Below are positions 1 to 8,667 of a stretch of DNA of 32,000 nucleotides, in pieces; the first letter of the stretch is position 1, and each line of letters opens with the position of its first letter. The notes beneath the pieces are model-generated. The model saw nothing but the letters and a program-made list of their open reading frames with translations. It was not told where the DNA came from and ran no database searches. Origin of the DNA: Idiomarina loihiensis L2TR (GTDB lineage Bacteria; Pseudomonadota; Gammaproteobacteria; Enterobacterales; Alteromonadaceae); the NCBI RefSeq assembly GCF_000008465.1, contig NC_006512.1, positions 2,280,001 to 2,312,000 on the forward strand, read 5' to 3'. A program made the position numbers and the translations under genes.

Positions 1-80
1 ACCATAAAATGGTTAAAGCGAGAAACGATAATGGCAAACTTTTTACCAGCCGCGTTTATTCCACCTTCAATTACCTGCAT
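1..80 (-). CDS. ribH: 6,7-dimethyl-8-ribityllumazine synthase, 5' end only (gene runs off the left edge)
   Basis: Not in the ORF track because there is no stop in the window. Reverse-strand ATG at 80..78 is preceded by AAGGAA. The translation MQVIEGGINAAGKKFAIIVSRFNHFMV matches the conserved RibH N-terminus (M-x-[IV]-IEG, A-I-[IV]-x-SRFN). Confidence 0.75.
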   Translation of the reverse strand, partial: MQVIEGGINAAGKKFAIIVSRFNHFM

Positions 81-135
81 GAGTTTTCCTTATTAACCGT
101 TCGTTAATTGCGCGCGATCATAGCACAATGTGGGG

Positions 136-786
136 CTATTTGCGTGAAATTGAGTAGGAGAAATACCTTTCCTGGGCATCTAAGTCACGACCCAGCGAGC
201 GGGCACTACTGCTTTCCAGTAGCTGCAAAGCCGTTTCGTTATTTTCTGATACCGGAAACAGCACTTGCCGCCAGGGCCAACTTGCTTCCAGCCAGTCTTT
301 TAAAAGCACAAAAAAATCGTTATGCAAGTTATCGTCAATGGCCGATTCTAAAAGCCACCAACTGACCTCAGCATTATAAGCACTGCGTGAAATGCCGTTT
401 CTTTCTTGTCTACTGGCAGCCACCGGTACCATATAAACGGCTCCAATAATGGACTTATCTGCCTTATCAATCACCAAATAAGTAAAAGCTGTTTGCGCTT
501 TTGCCTGCTCCAAGTGGTAATTCACCATGGTTTCGTTTTGCTGAAGAGTGCTTTTTTCAGATGGCCAGGACCATCCCAGTCGCTTATAAAGCCACTTCTG
601 CGACGTCATATAGCTGTGAAAGAAACGCTCGGCATCGGAGCTTTTAAGAGGACGAATAATTAAGCTATTACCTTCGGCATATTCGGGGACAACCCATTCT
701 TTTTGCCAGAAGTCTGCTGCTACTGCCACATTAAATAGCGGCAGTATTAACAGGAGCAGAAAACTACGAAAAAGCGTTCTCAACAC
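136..786 (-). CDS. exported GNAT-fold (RimJ/RimL-like) protein with degenerate acetyl-CoA loop
   Basis: 216-aa ORF. The GTG start at 786 overlaps the upstream stop (GTGTTGA). The N-terminus MLRTLFRSFLLLLILPLFNVAVA/AD is a typical Sec signal peptide. LIIRPLKSSDAERFF and AEVSWWL follow the GNAT strand pattern, but no Q/R-x-x-G-x-G/A loop is visible. Confidence 0.55.
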   Translation of the reverse strand: MLRTLFRSFLLLLILPLFNVAVAADFWQKEWVVPEYAEGNSLIIRPLKSSDAERFFHSYMTSQKWLYKRLGWSWPSEKSTLQQNETMVNYHLEQAKAQTAFTYLVIDKADKSIIGAVYMVPVAASRQERNGISRSAYNAEVSWWLLESAIDDNLHNDFFVLLKDWLEASWPWRQVLFPVSENNETALQLLESSSARSLGRDLDAQERYFSYSISRK

Positions 787-1382
787 GCTTCTCCATGCTT
801 ACCGTGCGCATGCTCAAAATAAGATTTAACCCGGGCGAGCTCTTTTTCCAGTTCATCGCCAATCATCAGCGCGGGGCCTATATCGATAGCTTTACGTGCA
901 TAGTCAAAAGCTATGGGGACAACAGGTACACGAGCTTGCTGTGCCATATGTAAAAAGCCTTTTTTCCACTCTTTTACACGCTTTCTTGTGCCTTCAGGAG
1001 TTATCACTAGAATCAGTTCATTTTTCTCCCGAAACTCCCTCACCATATTTCCAACAACACCATTTGCGCTGCTTCTGTCTATGGGGAGACCGCCCAGTTT
1101 GGTTAACAAACCTTTCAGCGGAAAACGGAACAGACTGCTCTTAGCTAAATAATTCAGCTTTAACCCCATAGCTAGCATGACGCAGGCTCCAACCGGGAAG
1201 TCCCAGTTAGATGTGTGCGGCGCAACCGGAAGAATCGCCTTTCTCACGTGAGGCATTTCGCCATTAATTTTCCAGCCGCCCAGTACACGTAAGCCCAAAC
1301 GACCTACCCAGCGCAAAAACCGGTTATGGCTAACAGGGAATTCGCCTTTAACAAATTCCGGAATTACTTGTTTATCGGTCAT
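780..1382 (-). CDS. lysophospholipid (1-acyl-sn-glycerol-3-phosphate type, PlsC-family) acyltransferase
   Basis: 200-aa ORF with the H-x4-D acyltransferase motif (PHTSNWD) and the second family motif (ITPEGTR). It lies 4 nt downstream of the preceding ORF. Confidence 0.8.
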   Translation of the reverse strand: MTDKQVIPEFVKGEFPVSHNRFLRWVGRLGLRVLGGWKINGEMPHVRKAILPVAPHTSNWDFPVGACVMLAMGLKLNYLAKSSLFRFPLKGLLTKLGGLPIDRSSANGVVGNMVREFREKNELILVITPEGTRKRVKEWKKGFLHMAQQARVPVVPIAFDYARKAIDIGPALMIGDELEKELARVKSYFEHAHGKHGEAC

Positions 1383-1386
1383 AAAA

Positions 1387-2271
1387 TTACTGTAGTACCC
1401 GTCTTATCTCGCGTAATTTTTCTTTCACTCGCTTAATGTTTTCAGGGCCCATGCGAATCAGTTGTTTCTGCGCTGCAGGCAATGACTCATAAGACTCGTT
1501 AGCAAAAGTATACATAACGCTGTCGTCTTTTACCTGAACCAATCCCTCCGGAACCGGAGTATCAAGCATAACATTAATGGCTTCTATCAAGGTGTCATCA
1601 AAGTCTGACTCCGGATAGCCAATTTCTGCGTAGGCTTCTTGCACTAAAGGCTTAAATAACTCATAGTTTTCTGCCAGTGCGTCAGGTTGCAAACTTACAA
1701 ACCAGTCAACTAAAGCGTCGTATCGGCGATAGCTGCTTTCATCAATATAGAGTTCACCATCTACCTCCAGCACACTAAAACGACCGTCGGGACGCTGAAC
1801 AATAGTACGTTCACGAACAATGCTGCCGTTGCTGATATTGTCCATCAGCACAACTGCGTCACGAATAATCTGAGAGCTTTTTAATGGACGAATGTTAACG
1901 TCGGTTGAGTCAAGATTCTGAAGCACCGTTGGTGTGCTATTGTCCAGCTCTGGCAAGGCAATAGGTTCGGGCTCAGGTTCAGCAGGCTCTTGTTCCGGTT
2001 CAGATTCTGGTTCGGTTGGAATCGGTTCTGGCTCAATTTCAGGCTCAGGTTCTTCAGACTCTTGTTCATAACCCTCAACCTGAACTTCTGTTGATTGCTG
2101 CTGATCAACCTCTACCGTTTCGGTTTGTTGCTTCTTGTCTTCAGAAGCCGGCAGCCACCACCATACTATGGCAGCGATAACCGCCAGCACAATAAGCGTA
2201 ACAACAACCCAAGTCGTTTTGCGACTCGCTTCTTCTGTTGCCGTTGATGTTTCAACCTGATCGTCACTCAT
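1387..2271 (-). CDS. membrane-anchored periplasmic protein, DUF3014-like (N-terminal TM helix, Glu/Pro-rich spacer, globular C-domain)
   Basis: 294-aa ORF with AGGAGCGCACA upstream of the ATG. It has one TM helix (WVVVTLIVLAVIAAIVWWWL), then an acidic EP-rich stretch. The C-terminal domain resembles what I recall as DUF3014; family membership is not verified. Confidence 0.55.
   Translation of the reverse strand: MSDDQVETSTATEEASRKTTWVVVTLIVLAVIAAIVWWWLPASEDKKQQTETVEVDQQQSTEVQVEGYEQESEEPEPEIEPEPIPTEPESEPEQEPAEPEPEPIALPELDNSTPTVLQNLDSTDVNIRPLKSSQIIRDAVVLMDNISNGSIVRERTIVQRPDGRFSVLEVDGELYIDESSYRRYDALVDWFVSLQPDALAENYELFKPLVQEAYAEIGYPESDFDDTLIEAINVMLDTPVPEGLVQVKDDSVMYTFANESYESLPAAQKQLIRMGPENIKRVKEKLREIRRVLQ
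1960..2067 (-). repeat. low-complexity Glu-Pro coding repeat inside the DUF3014-like gene
   Basis: Encodes EQESEEPEPEIEPEPIPTEPESEPEQEPAEPEPEP from imperfect GGTTC/GGCTC-type DNA reiterations. It also generates the alternative-frame shadow ORF 1881..2108. Confidence 0.8.
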
Positions 2272-2282
2272 TGTGCGCTCCT

Positions 2283-3059
2283 TTATTTTTGCTCAGCACG
2301 ACAAAAAACCAATTGTTTATCGCTGGACATAGCTTCATTGAAACTATAGCCATTTGCATCGAATTCTTTTAGATCAGACACGGATTTTGGCTTTTGGTTC
2401 AGGATAAATCGCGCCATTAGTCCCCGCGCCTTCTTGGCATAAAAACTGATGACTTTATATTGACCATTTTTTTCATCTTTAAACACTGGAGTAATAATAT
2501 CTGCATTAAGCACTTTTGGCTTGACCGCCGAGAAATACTCATTAGAAGCTAAGTTCACTAAAGTTGAGCTACCCAGCTCAGCTAAGTCTTTATTGAGCAT
2601 CTGCGTAATGCTATCGCCCCAGTATTCATATAGGTTTTTGCCCTTTGGATTATCCAACTTGGTACCCATTTCTAATCGGTAAGGCTGCATCAAATCCAGT
2701 GGCCGTAAAACACCATAAAGACCAGACAAAATCCGCAATTGTTTTTGTGCCGTACCTATGGCCTCTGAATTCAGGCTGGCAGCATCTAATCCGGTATAAA
2801 CATCACCGTTAAATGCATACATAGCCGGGCGTGCATTGTTTTCATTAAAAGGCCGTTGCCATTCCTCAAAGCGAGCCGCATTCAAACCCGCCAGCTTGTC
2901 GCTAATTTTCATTAGCGACCCGAGTTGTTGCGGGCTTAATTGCCGACAAACCTCAACCAGTTCTTCGGCGTTATCCAGCAACCGTGGCTGAGTAACATTC
3001 AGTTCCGGTAAATCACTTTCGTAATCCAGGTTTTTAGCAGGTGAAACAACGGCCAACAT
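2283..3059 (-). CDS. yaaA: peroxide stress protein YaaA (UPF0246)
   Basis: Near-colinear similarity to E. coli YaaA (MLxxxSPAK..., [55 protein letters not shown]). I prefer the ATG at 3059 (GGAG about 9 nt upstream; the homologue starts ML..SPAK) over the track start at 3074. Confidence 0.9.
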   Translation of the reverse strand: MLAVVSPAKNLDYESDLPELNVTQPRLLDNAEELVEVCRQLSPQQLGSLMKISDKLAGLNAARFEEWQRPFNENNARPAMYAFNGDVYTGLDAASLNSEAIGTAQKQLRILSGLYGVLRPLDLMQPYRLEMGTKLDNPKGKNLYEYWGDSITQMLNKDLAELGSSTLVNLASNEYFSAVKPKVLNADIITPVFKDEKNGQYKVISFYAKKARGLMARFILNQKPKSVSDLKEFDANGYSFNEAMSSDKQLVFCRAEQK

Positions 3060-3092
3060 GTCTATGCACTCCATTCAAATTATACCGTAAGA

Positions 3093-4040
3093 CTAACCCA
3101 GCGGATCTTGATCCGCGCCTTCTTTTTCCACTTCTGGCGGCATTAAGTCGTCTCGGCTAACACCAAATTTCAGGGCCACAGAACTTGCGATATAAATGGA
3201 TGAATAAGTACCAATAACCACACCAAATAATAACGCTGTAGCAAAACCATGAATTAATGGCCCACCCAGGAAGAACAAGGTCAATAACACCAGTATCGTT
3301 GTTATTGAAGTAATTAACGTTCGACTCAGCGTATCGGTTAATGCCCGGTTAACAGTTTGCACTGGGGTTAACTTAGCAAACTTACGGAAAGTTTCCCTAA
3401 TTCGGTCGCAAACCACCACCGTATCGTTAATTGAGTAACCAATAACTGCCAGCAAGGCCGCTAAAACCGTTAGGTCAAACTCTAACTGCAATATGGAGAA
3501 CAGCCCTAAGGTTAAAATGACATCGTGCGCTAACGCTGCCACAGCACCTACCGCTAAACGCCATTCAAAACGCATCGCAATGTAAAGTAGAATACAGATT
3601 AAAGCGGTTAGCATAGCCAACCCGCCCTGCTCTATAAATTCGTCGCCCACATTTGGGCCAACAAATTCTATACGACGCATTTCAACGGTTTGGTCAAACT
3701 CGGTGCGCAGAGATTCAAGTATTGTGGTACCCAGCTGCTCCGCTTTTACTCCTTCCCGAGGCTCCAGACGAATCAGTATCTCTTCCTGCGAGCCGTAGTT
3801 TTGAACTACTGCGTCACTGAACCCTTCTTCATCTAATGCACCACGAACACGACTTAAATCTGCCGCGCTATCAAAGCCAACTTCAAGTAAGGTTCCGCCA
3901 GTAAAGTCCAACCCAAAGTTGAGCTTATTGACTGACAACGAAACTATGGAAGCCACTACCAGTACTGCACTGATAATGCCCATAATTCCGCGGAAGCGCA
4001 TGAAGGGAAGTCGTTCATCGGTTTTAATTATCTCTTGCAT
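3093..4040 (-). CDS. secF: protein translocase subunit SecF
   Basis: 315 aa with the GLDFTGGT motif and a six-TM RND-like C-terminal half. It lies directly downstream of secD. Confidence 0.95.
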   Translation of the reverse strand: MQEIIKTDERLPFMRFRGIMGIISAVLVVASIVSLSVNKLNFGLDFTGGTLLEVGFDSAADLSRVRGALDEEGFSDAVVQNYGSQEEILIRLEPREGVKAEQLGTTILESLRTEFDQTVEMRRIEFVGPNVGDEFIEQGGLAMLTALICILLYIAMRFEWRLAVGAVAALAHDVILTLGLFSILQLEFDLTVLAALLAVIGYSINDTVVVCDRIRETFRKFAKLTPVQTVNRALTDTLSRTLITSITTILVLLTLFFLGGPLIHGFATALLFGVVIGTYSSIYIASSVALKFGVSRDDLMPPEVEKEGADQDPLG

Positions 4041-4048
4041 GGCTCCCC

Positions 4049-5893
4049 CTAAATAGACAGTTTAGACAGCTTTTTGCCGCCCCAAACTGAGTTAACAATG
4101 GCACGGGTTCCGACTATCGCAGTAAACATGGACGTTATAATCCCGATAGCAAGAGTGATAGCAAAGCCTTTAATAGGGCCATTACCAATAGCAAACAAGA
4201 TAAGCGCCGCAATCAGCGTGGTTACGTTCGCATCGGCAATGGTCGACAAGGCACTGTCATAGCCGTGATGAATTGCCTGTTGAGGGCTTCGTTTGGCTTT
4301 TATTTCTTCGCGTATGCGCTCGAAAATAAGCACATTAGCATCTACTGCCATACCAACTGTCAGTACAATACCGGCCATACCCGGTAAGGTCAGCGTTGCT
4401 CCCGGAATCATCGACATCACGCCAATAATAAGCACCAGGTTTGCTGCCAGAGCACAGTTGGCAACCAGACCAAACTTTTTGTAGTACAACAACATGAAGG
4501 CAAGAACTAAAACAAAGCCCCAAAAAATAGCCTGAGTACCAGCATCAATGTTCTGCTGACCTAAGCTTGGCCCGACGGTACGTTCTTCGACAATTTGAAT
4601 AGGGGCAATCAATGCGCCAGCGCGTAATAGTAACGCCAAATTTTGAGCTTCGTTTGCGCCCACACCAGTAATACGGAAGTTACTCCCCAACCGCGATTGA
4701 ATAGTCGCAACGTTAATCACTTCGGCATTTTTAGTGAACTGTAAGTTACCTTCTGCGTCGCGCTCATCTGTTGCTTTATATTCAATAAAGACCGTTGCCA
4801 TCGGCTGACCAACATTGTCTTTAGTTGCTAACGACATCTTGTTACCACCAGCACCATCCAGGGTAATATTAACCTGCGGGCGGTTGTATTCGTCGTAACC
4901 AACACCTGCGTTAACAATATGGTCACCAGTCAGAATAACGTCTTCTTTCAGCAATTGAGCTGGACCGTCGCGCATTGGCATTAACTCGCTACCAAAAGGT
5001 ACCCGACCGTTCTGGGCGTCGCGCACATCGTTCTCGGAATCAACCATACGGAACTCCAGCGTTGCTGTAGCCCCTAAAATCTCTTTCGCTCTTGCTGTAT
5101 CCTGCACACCAGGTAATTCCACCACAATGCGGTTTGAGCCCTGACGCTGGATAACCGGCTCGGCAACACCTAATTCGTTAACCCGGTTACGCATAATGGT
5201 AATATTTTGAGATACCGCGTAATCGCGTGTTTCAGCAAGCTTCTGCTCGCTCATCTGTAGTTGCAGCAGTTGGTTTTCATCGTCTTCCAGAAGCGTATAC
5301 CCCTGATAACGACCATCCAGATAGTTGGCAGCTTCTGCATAAGCTTCTTCATTACGAAGCTCAATTTCAACCGTCGTGTCATTAACACGAACAGCGCTGT
5401 AACGAATACGTTCTTCACGCAGTTCGGCACGAATCGTGTCCTTCATACCATCGACAATTTTACGAACGGCTTCGTCCATGTCGATTTCCATCAAGAAGTG
5501 TACACCGCCACGTAAATCCAGCCCCAGTTTCATTGGCTGAGCACCAACACTCTTCAACCACTCAGGAGTTGCGGGAGCAAGGTTCAGAGCGACTATGTAG
5601 TTATCACCTAAACTCTCCAGGATACTTTCCCGGGCTTTTAACTGCTCATCATCGGAATTCAGTCGAACTAAAAGCTGCTCTTCTTCTAAAGCTATACTTT
5701 TAGCTTGTATGCCAACGTTTTCCAGGCTGCTCTTTACGCGATCCATGGTGCTGGTATCGATGGTCGCATTTCGGTTTGCGGAAATTTGAACTGCTGGATC
5801 TTCGCCGTAAATGTTTGGCAGCGCATAAAGCGCTGCCACCAATACGACCAAAATAACCAGCAGGTTTTTCCACAACGGGTATTTATTTAACAC
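4049..5893 (-). CDS. secD: protein translocase subunit SecD
   Basis: 614 aa. The N-terminus [38 protein letters not shown] is almost identical in pattern to E. coli Sec[11 protein letters not shown] motif present. Confidence 0.95.
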   Translation of the reverse strand: MLNKYPLWKNLLVILVVLVAALYALPNIYGEDPAVQISANRNATIDTSTMDRVKSSLENVGIQAKSIALEEEQLLVRLNSDDEQLKARESILESLGDNYIVALNLAPATPEWLKSVGAQPMKLGLDLRGGVHFLMEIDMDEAVRKIVDGMKDTIRAELREERIRYSAVRVNDTTVEIELRNEEAYAEAANYLDGRYQGYTLLEDDENQLLQLQMSEQKLAETRDYAVSQNITIMRNRVNELGVAEPVIQRQGSNRIVVELPGVQDTARAKEILGATATLEFRMVDSENDVRDAQNGRVPFGSELMPMRDGPAQLLKEDVILTGDHIVNAGVGYDEYNRPQVNITLDGAGGNKMSLATKDNVGQPMATVFIEYKATDERDAEGNLQFTKNAEVINVATIQSRLGSNFRITGVGANEAQNLALLLRAGALIAPIQIVEERTVGPSLGQQNIDAGTQAIFWGFVLVLAFMLLYYKKFGLVANCALAANLVLIIGVMSMIPGATLTLPGMAGIVLTVGMAVDANVLIFERIREEIKAKRSPQQAIHHGYDSALSTIADANVTTLIAALILFAIGNGPIKGFAITLAIGIITSMFTAIVGTRAIVNSVWGGKKLSKLSI

Positions 5894-5921
5894 GTCGTGC
5901 CCCTGTTTCTAATGTCAGAGA

Positions 5922-6257
5922 TTAGAGAGACTTCATTGTTCCTTTCGGAAGAACGGAAGTCACAGAACCTTTCTGAATGGTTACTTCAAGCTCGTCAGTC
6001 AAAGCAATAACGAGAAAGTCTTTGTCTTCGCTTACTTTAGTGATTTTGCCGACCAAACCACCTTGAGTCAGCACTTCATCACCCTTGCTCAAAGCACCCA
6101 TCAGCTCTTTATGCTGCTTGACACGTTTTGCTTGTGGACGATAAATCATGAAGTAAAAAATTAACGCAAACATGACCAGCATGAAAATCAGTTCCATACC
6201 ACCACTGCCTTGGCCGCCAGCGTCTTGCGCGTATGCTGAGCTAATAAAAAAGTCCAT
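5922..6257 (-). CDS. yajC: preprotein translocase subunit YajC
   Basis: 111 aa. MDFFISSAYA...IFYFMIYRPQAKRVKQHKELM...KGDEVLTQGGLVGKITKV...VLPKGTMKSL is colinear with E. coli YajC. Confidence 0.92.
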   Translation of the reverse strand: MDFFISSAYAQDAGGQGSGGMELIFMLVMFALIFYFMIYRPQAKRVKQHKELMGALSKGDEVLTQGGLVGKITKVSEDKDFLVIALTDELEVTIQKGSVTSVLPKGTMKSL

Positions 6258-6395
6258 AAAATTCCCTCAGTTAATTTAAATTTATTATTAAATTTCGGAT
6301 AACCATCTCACGATATGGGGACAGTTACTCCAGAATGCAATTCAATTTTTCTAAGGCGGCTATACTATCAGAAAGTTTAACGCCGCTCAGTATTA

Positions 6396-7907
6396 TCAAA
6401 TATCATATCCCAAACTTTTAAGCCGACGCCGTAAACCTATTTGAGACACTTGCAAATCCCACATCATTTTTTCAGTATCGGAACGGTTCTGTTCATAACT
6501 CTTTTTAATCTCTTCTTCGGATAAATCCTGCGCTGTACGAACCCCTTCAAAGCGCTGAATAAGCTGATATACCGATGCCCGTGAGATGCCCAGAGCTTTT
6601 GCTGTAGCCTGTAGCTCAAACCGGCAGCTACGCAAGGTTTCCAGTAACTCATCTCGACTAACACTGTTGGGCTTACGATGAACGCTGGTTTCATCTTCCC
6701 AATGCCCGGGGTTGCTCGGCTTAAGCATAGATAAAAGTTGCGGGTCAAGGTGCAGTTGCTCTTGCTCACGGCTATCAATAACGACCTGCCGCGCTACGTT
6801 GCGCAACTGTCGTACATTACCCGGCCAATGAAAGGTCAGCAGCTGGCTCATCAATTCACCAGGAATTTTGACATCATGAGAGCGGTCAGCGTAAAGCTTA
6901 CGCCACTGCTCACGTACAAAATAGTCGAATAACAAACCAATATCTTCGCGACGTTCGGTTAATGGCGGGATGAACAACTGATAAGCTGAAAGCTTTTCAA
7001 TTAGCATGGACAGCGTTGAATTCTCTTCAAAGCCACGAGAGTCCTGATGACTGGTCAGCATAATACGGCAAGTAATTGGCAGCGTTTCCTCTGTACCAAC
7101 AGGTACTACGGATTTACTTTGTAGAACGGTATAAAGCAAACGATGTAAGCCCGGCGAGGCATCCTCGATGTCTTCCAGCACAATAGTACCGCTACCGGCT
7201 TGCTCAAAATAGCCAGGTTGCCGGCTACCGCCTCGATAGCTACCAAATAATTCAGCTTCTGCGACTGCATCATGTATGGCAGCCAGATTAACACTAATAA
7301 AAGGTTGTTCCCGACGTTCGCTGGCCTGATGAATTGCGTAGGCCGCCTGTTGTTTACCCACTCCGGCAGCACCTCTAATCATAACAGGCAAGTCCATCCC
7401 GGCCAGTTGAGCAACGCGATTCCGAATGGCACGAATATCCGAGCTAATACCAAACAGCACATCGTTGTCATCTACCGAGGAGTCTTGCAGCGGCAATAAC
7501 TTTAAAAGTAAAACGATGCGGTGGTTTAAGCCAATAACGACACCGTTATCCAAGTCACTTTCTTTTAGAATATATTCGTCCTGAGCACCACGTCCGGCAA
7601 TAGTTACTGTTGTTTTGGTGCTATGCGCCTTTAGCTTAATACGGCCGCCTGATTCGCGCTGAAAAATGATTGGAGAACGGCTGATAAATTCATCAAGCAA
7701 TGCTCTGCCAGCATTACCATTTTTGGCAAACTCAGGCTTTATCCTGCTTAGGTAGTCACTTCCTTCATTGTACAAATCCATTAACGCTGCGCGTTCACCA
7801 ATCCGCGACCGATCAGGATGCGCTGCGATCACTAACATTGGAACTCGCTGATAGCTACTAACGAGATCGTCAACTACATGTTTTGTCGTGTATTCGGTTG
7901 CACTCAT
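6396..7907 (-). CDS. FHA-like / AAA+ enhancer-binding-protein-type transcriptional regulator lacking the GAFTGA loop, Fis-type HTH
   Basis: 503 aa with AAGGAA upstream of the ATG. Walker A is GAAGVGK, followed by LLYTVLQ..VPVG, ERREDI and HWPGNVRQLRN (sigma-54 interaction domain signatures). The GAFTGA position reads ELFGSYRGGSRQPGYFEQA. The C-terminal HTH is ATAKALGISRASVYQLIQRF, with a second HTH-like tail VSQIGLRRRLKSLGYDI. Confidence 0.8.
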   Translation of the reverse strand: MSATEYTTKHVVDDLVSSYQRVPMLVIAAHPDRSRIGERAALMDLYNEGSDYLSRIKPEFAKNGNAGRALLDEFISRSPIIFQRESGGRIKLKAHSTKTTVTIAGRGAQDEYILKESDLDNGVVIGLNHRIVLLLKLLPLQDSSVDDNDVLFGISSDIRAIRNRVAQLAGMDLPVMIRGAAGVGKQQAAYAIHQASERREQPFISVNLAAIHDAVAEAELFGSYRGGSRQPGYFEQAGSGTIVLEDIEDASPGLHRLLYTVLQSKSVVPVGTEETLPITCRIMLTSHQDSRGFEENSTLSMLIEKLSAYQLFIPPLTERREDIGLLFDYFVREQWRKLYADRSHDVKIPGELMSQLLTFHWPGNVRQLRNVARQVVIDSREQEQLHLDPQLLSMLKPSNPGHWEDETSVHRKPNSVSRDELLETLRSCRFELQATAKALGISRASVYQLIQRFEGVRTAQDLSEEEIKKSYEQNRSDTEKMMWDLQVSQIGLRRRLKSLGYDI

Positions 7908-8050
7908 TTTGCTGTTCCTTAGCCCAACAGCAGCTTTTAAATTGGTGCCATCATAAAATTATGACGTCTAAATAGCCAATCAATTTGTGCTGGGAATCCA
8001 TAAAGGTTAATGACAAACTAAGCCATACCATTGCTACTTTTTGATGACTC

Positions 8051-8665
8051 ATGGAATTAATATTTTACTGGACAGACCATGCCGGTGTCGCGGTTTTTGC
8101 GGTAGCCGGTACGTTATTAGCGTTTCGCAAAAAGATGGATGGTTTTGGTGTACTCGTTTTAGCCTCAGCAACAGCAATTGGCGGCGGTACAACGCGCGAC
8201 CTCATTCTTGGGTTACCGGTTTTCTGGACACATGACCCTGTCTATCTGTACACCATAATTGTCGCCGCCCTGCTCACTATTATATGGCTGCGGTTCAGAG
8301 CCTATATTCCTATGAACACACTAATGGTTGCAGATGCTATTGGTCTGTCGTTTTTTGCGACTATGGGCGCGGAGAAAACGCTATCAGCGGGGTTTCCGCC
8401 CTTTATCGCTATCATCATGGGCACTATATCGGCCTGTTTTGGCGGCATGTTGCGTGATGTTCTGGCACGCGATATTCCAATGGTCTTAAAAAGCGAACTG
8501 TACGCCACCACCTGTATTATCGGCGCTACCGTTTATGTCCTGATTGTGCCCTATCAACCTTTAATAGCATTAGCTGCGGGCATGACCTCAACTTTGCTCA
8601 TTAGACTTGGAGCAATCAAGTTTAACTGGTCACTGCCCGTGTTCCGGGATCATCAGGACCATTAG
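8051..8665 (+). CDS. UPF0126 / TRIC-type trimeric intracellular cation channel family protein (YadS/YicG-like)
   Basis: 204 aa, colinear with E. coli YadS (AVFAxxGxLLA..K.MD.FGVLVL...A.GGGT.RD; second repeat GGMLRDVLARDIPMVLKSELYAT.CIIG). Confidence 0.85.
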   Translation: MELIFYWTDHAGVAVFAVAGTLLAFRKKMDGFGVLVLASATAIGGGTTRDLILGLPVFWTHDPVYLYTIIVAALLTIIWLRFRAYIPMNTLMVADAIGLSFFATMGAEKTLSAGFPPFIAIIMGTISACFGGMLRDVLARDIPMVLKSELYATTCIIGATVYVLIVPYQPLIALAAGMTSTLLIRLGAIKFNWSLPVFRDHQDH

Positions 8666-8667
8666 TT

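Noticed and set aside
81-135. Possible riboswitch or regulatory RNA upstream of ribH
   Set aside because: The spacer is only 55 nt and has a single weak 5-bp dyad (TTAAC-N5-GTTAA). That is far too short for an FMN element, which normally precedes ribB rather than ribH.
5894-6395. Absence of queA-tgt upstream of yajC-secDF, considered as a rearrangement or insertion signal
   Set aside because: Gene order around yajC varies among gammaproteobacteria. I saw no repeats, integrase or composition break flanking the regulator gene, so I treat it as ordinary synteny variation.
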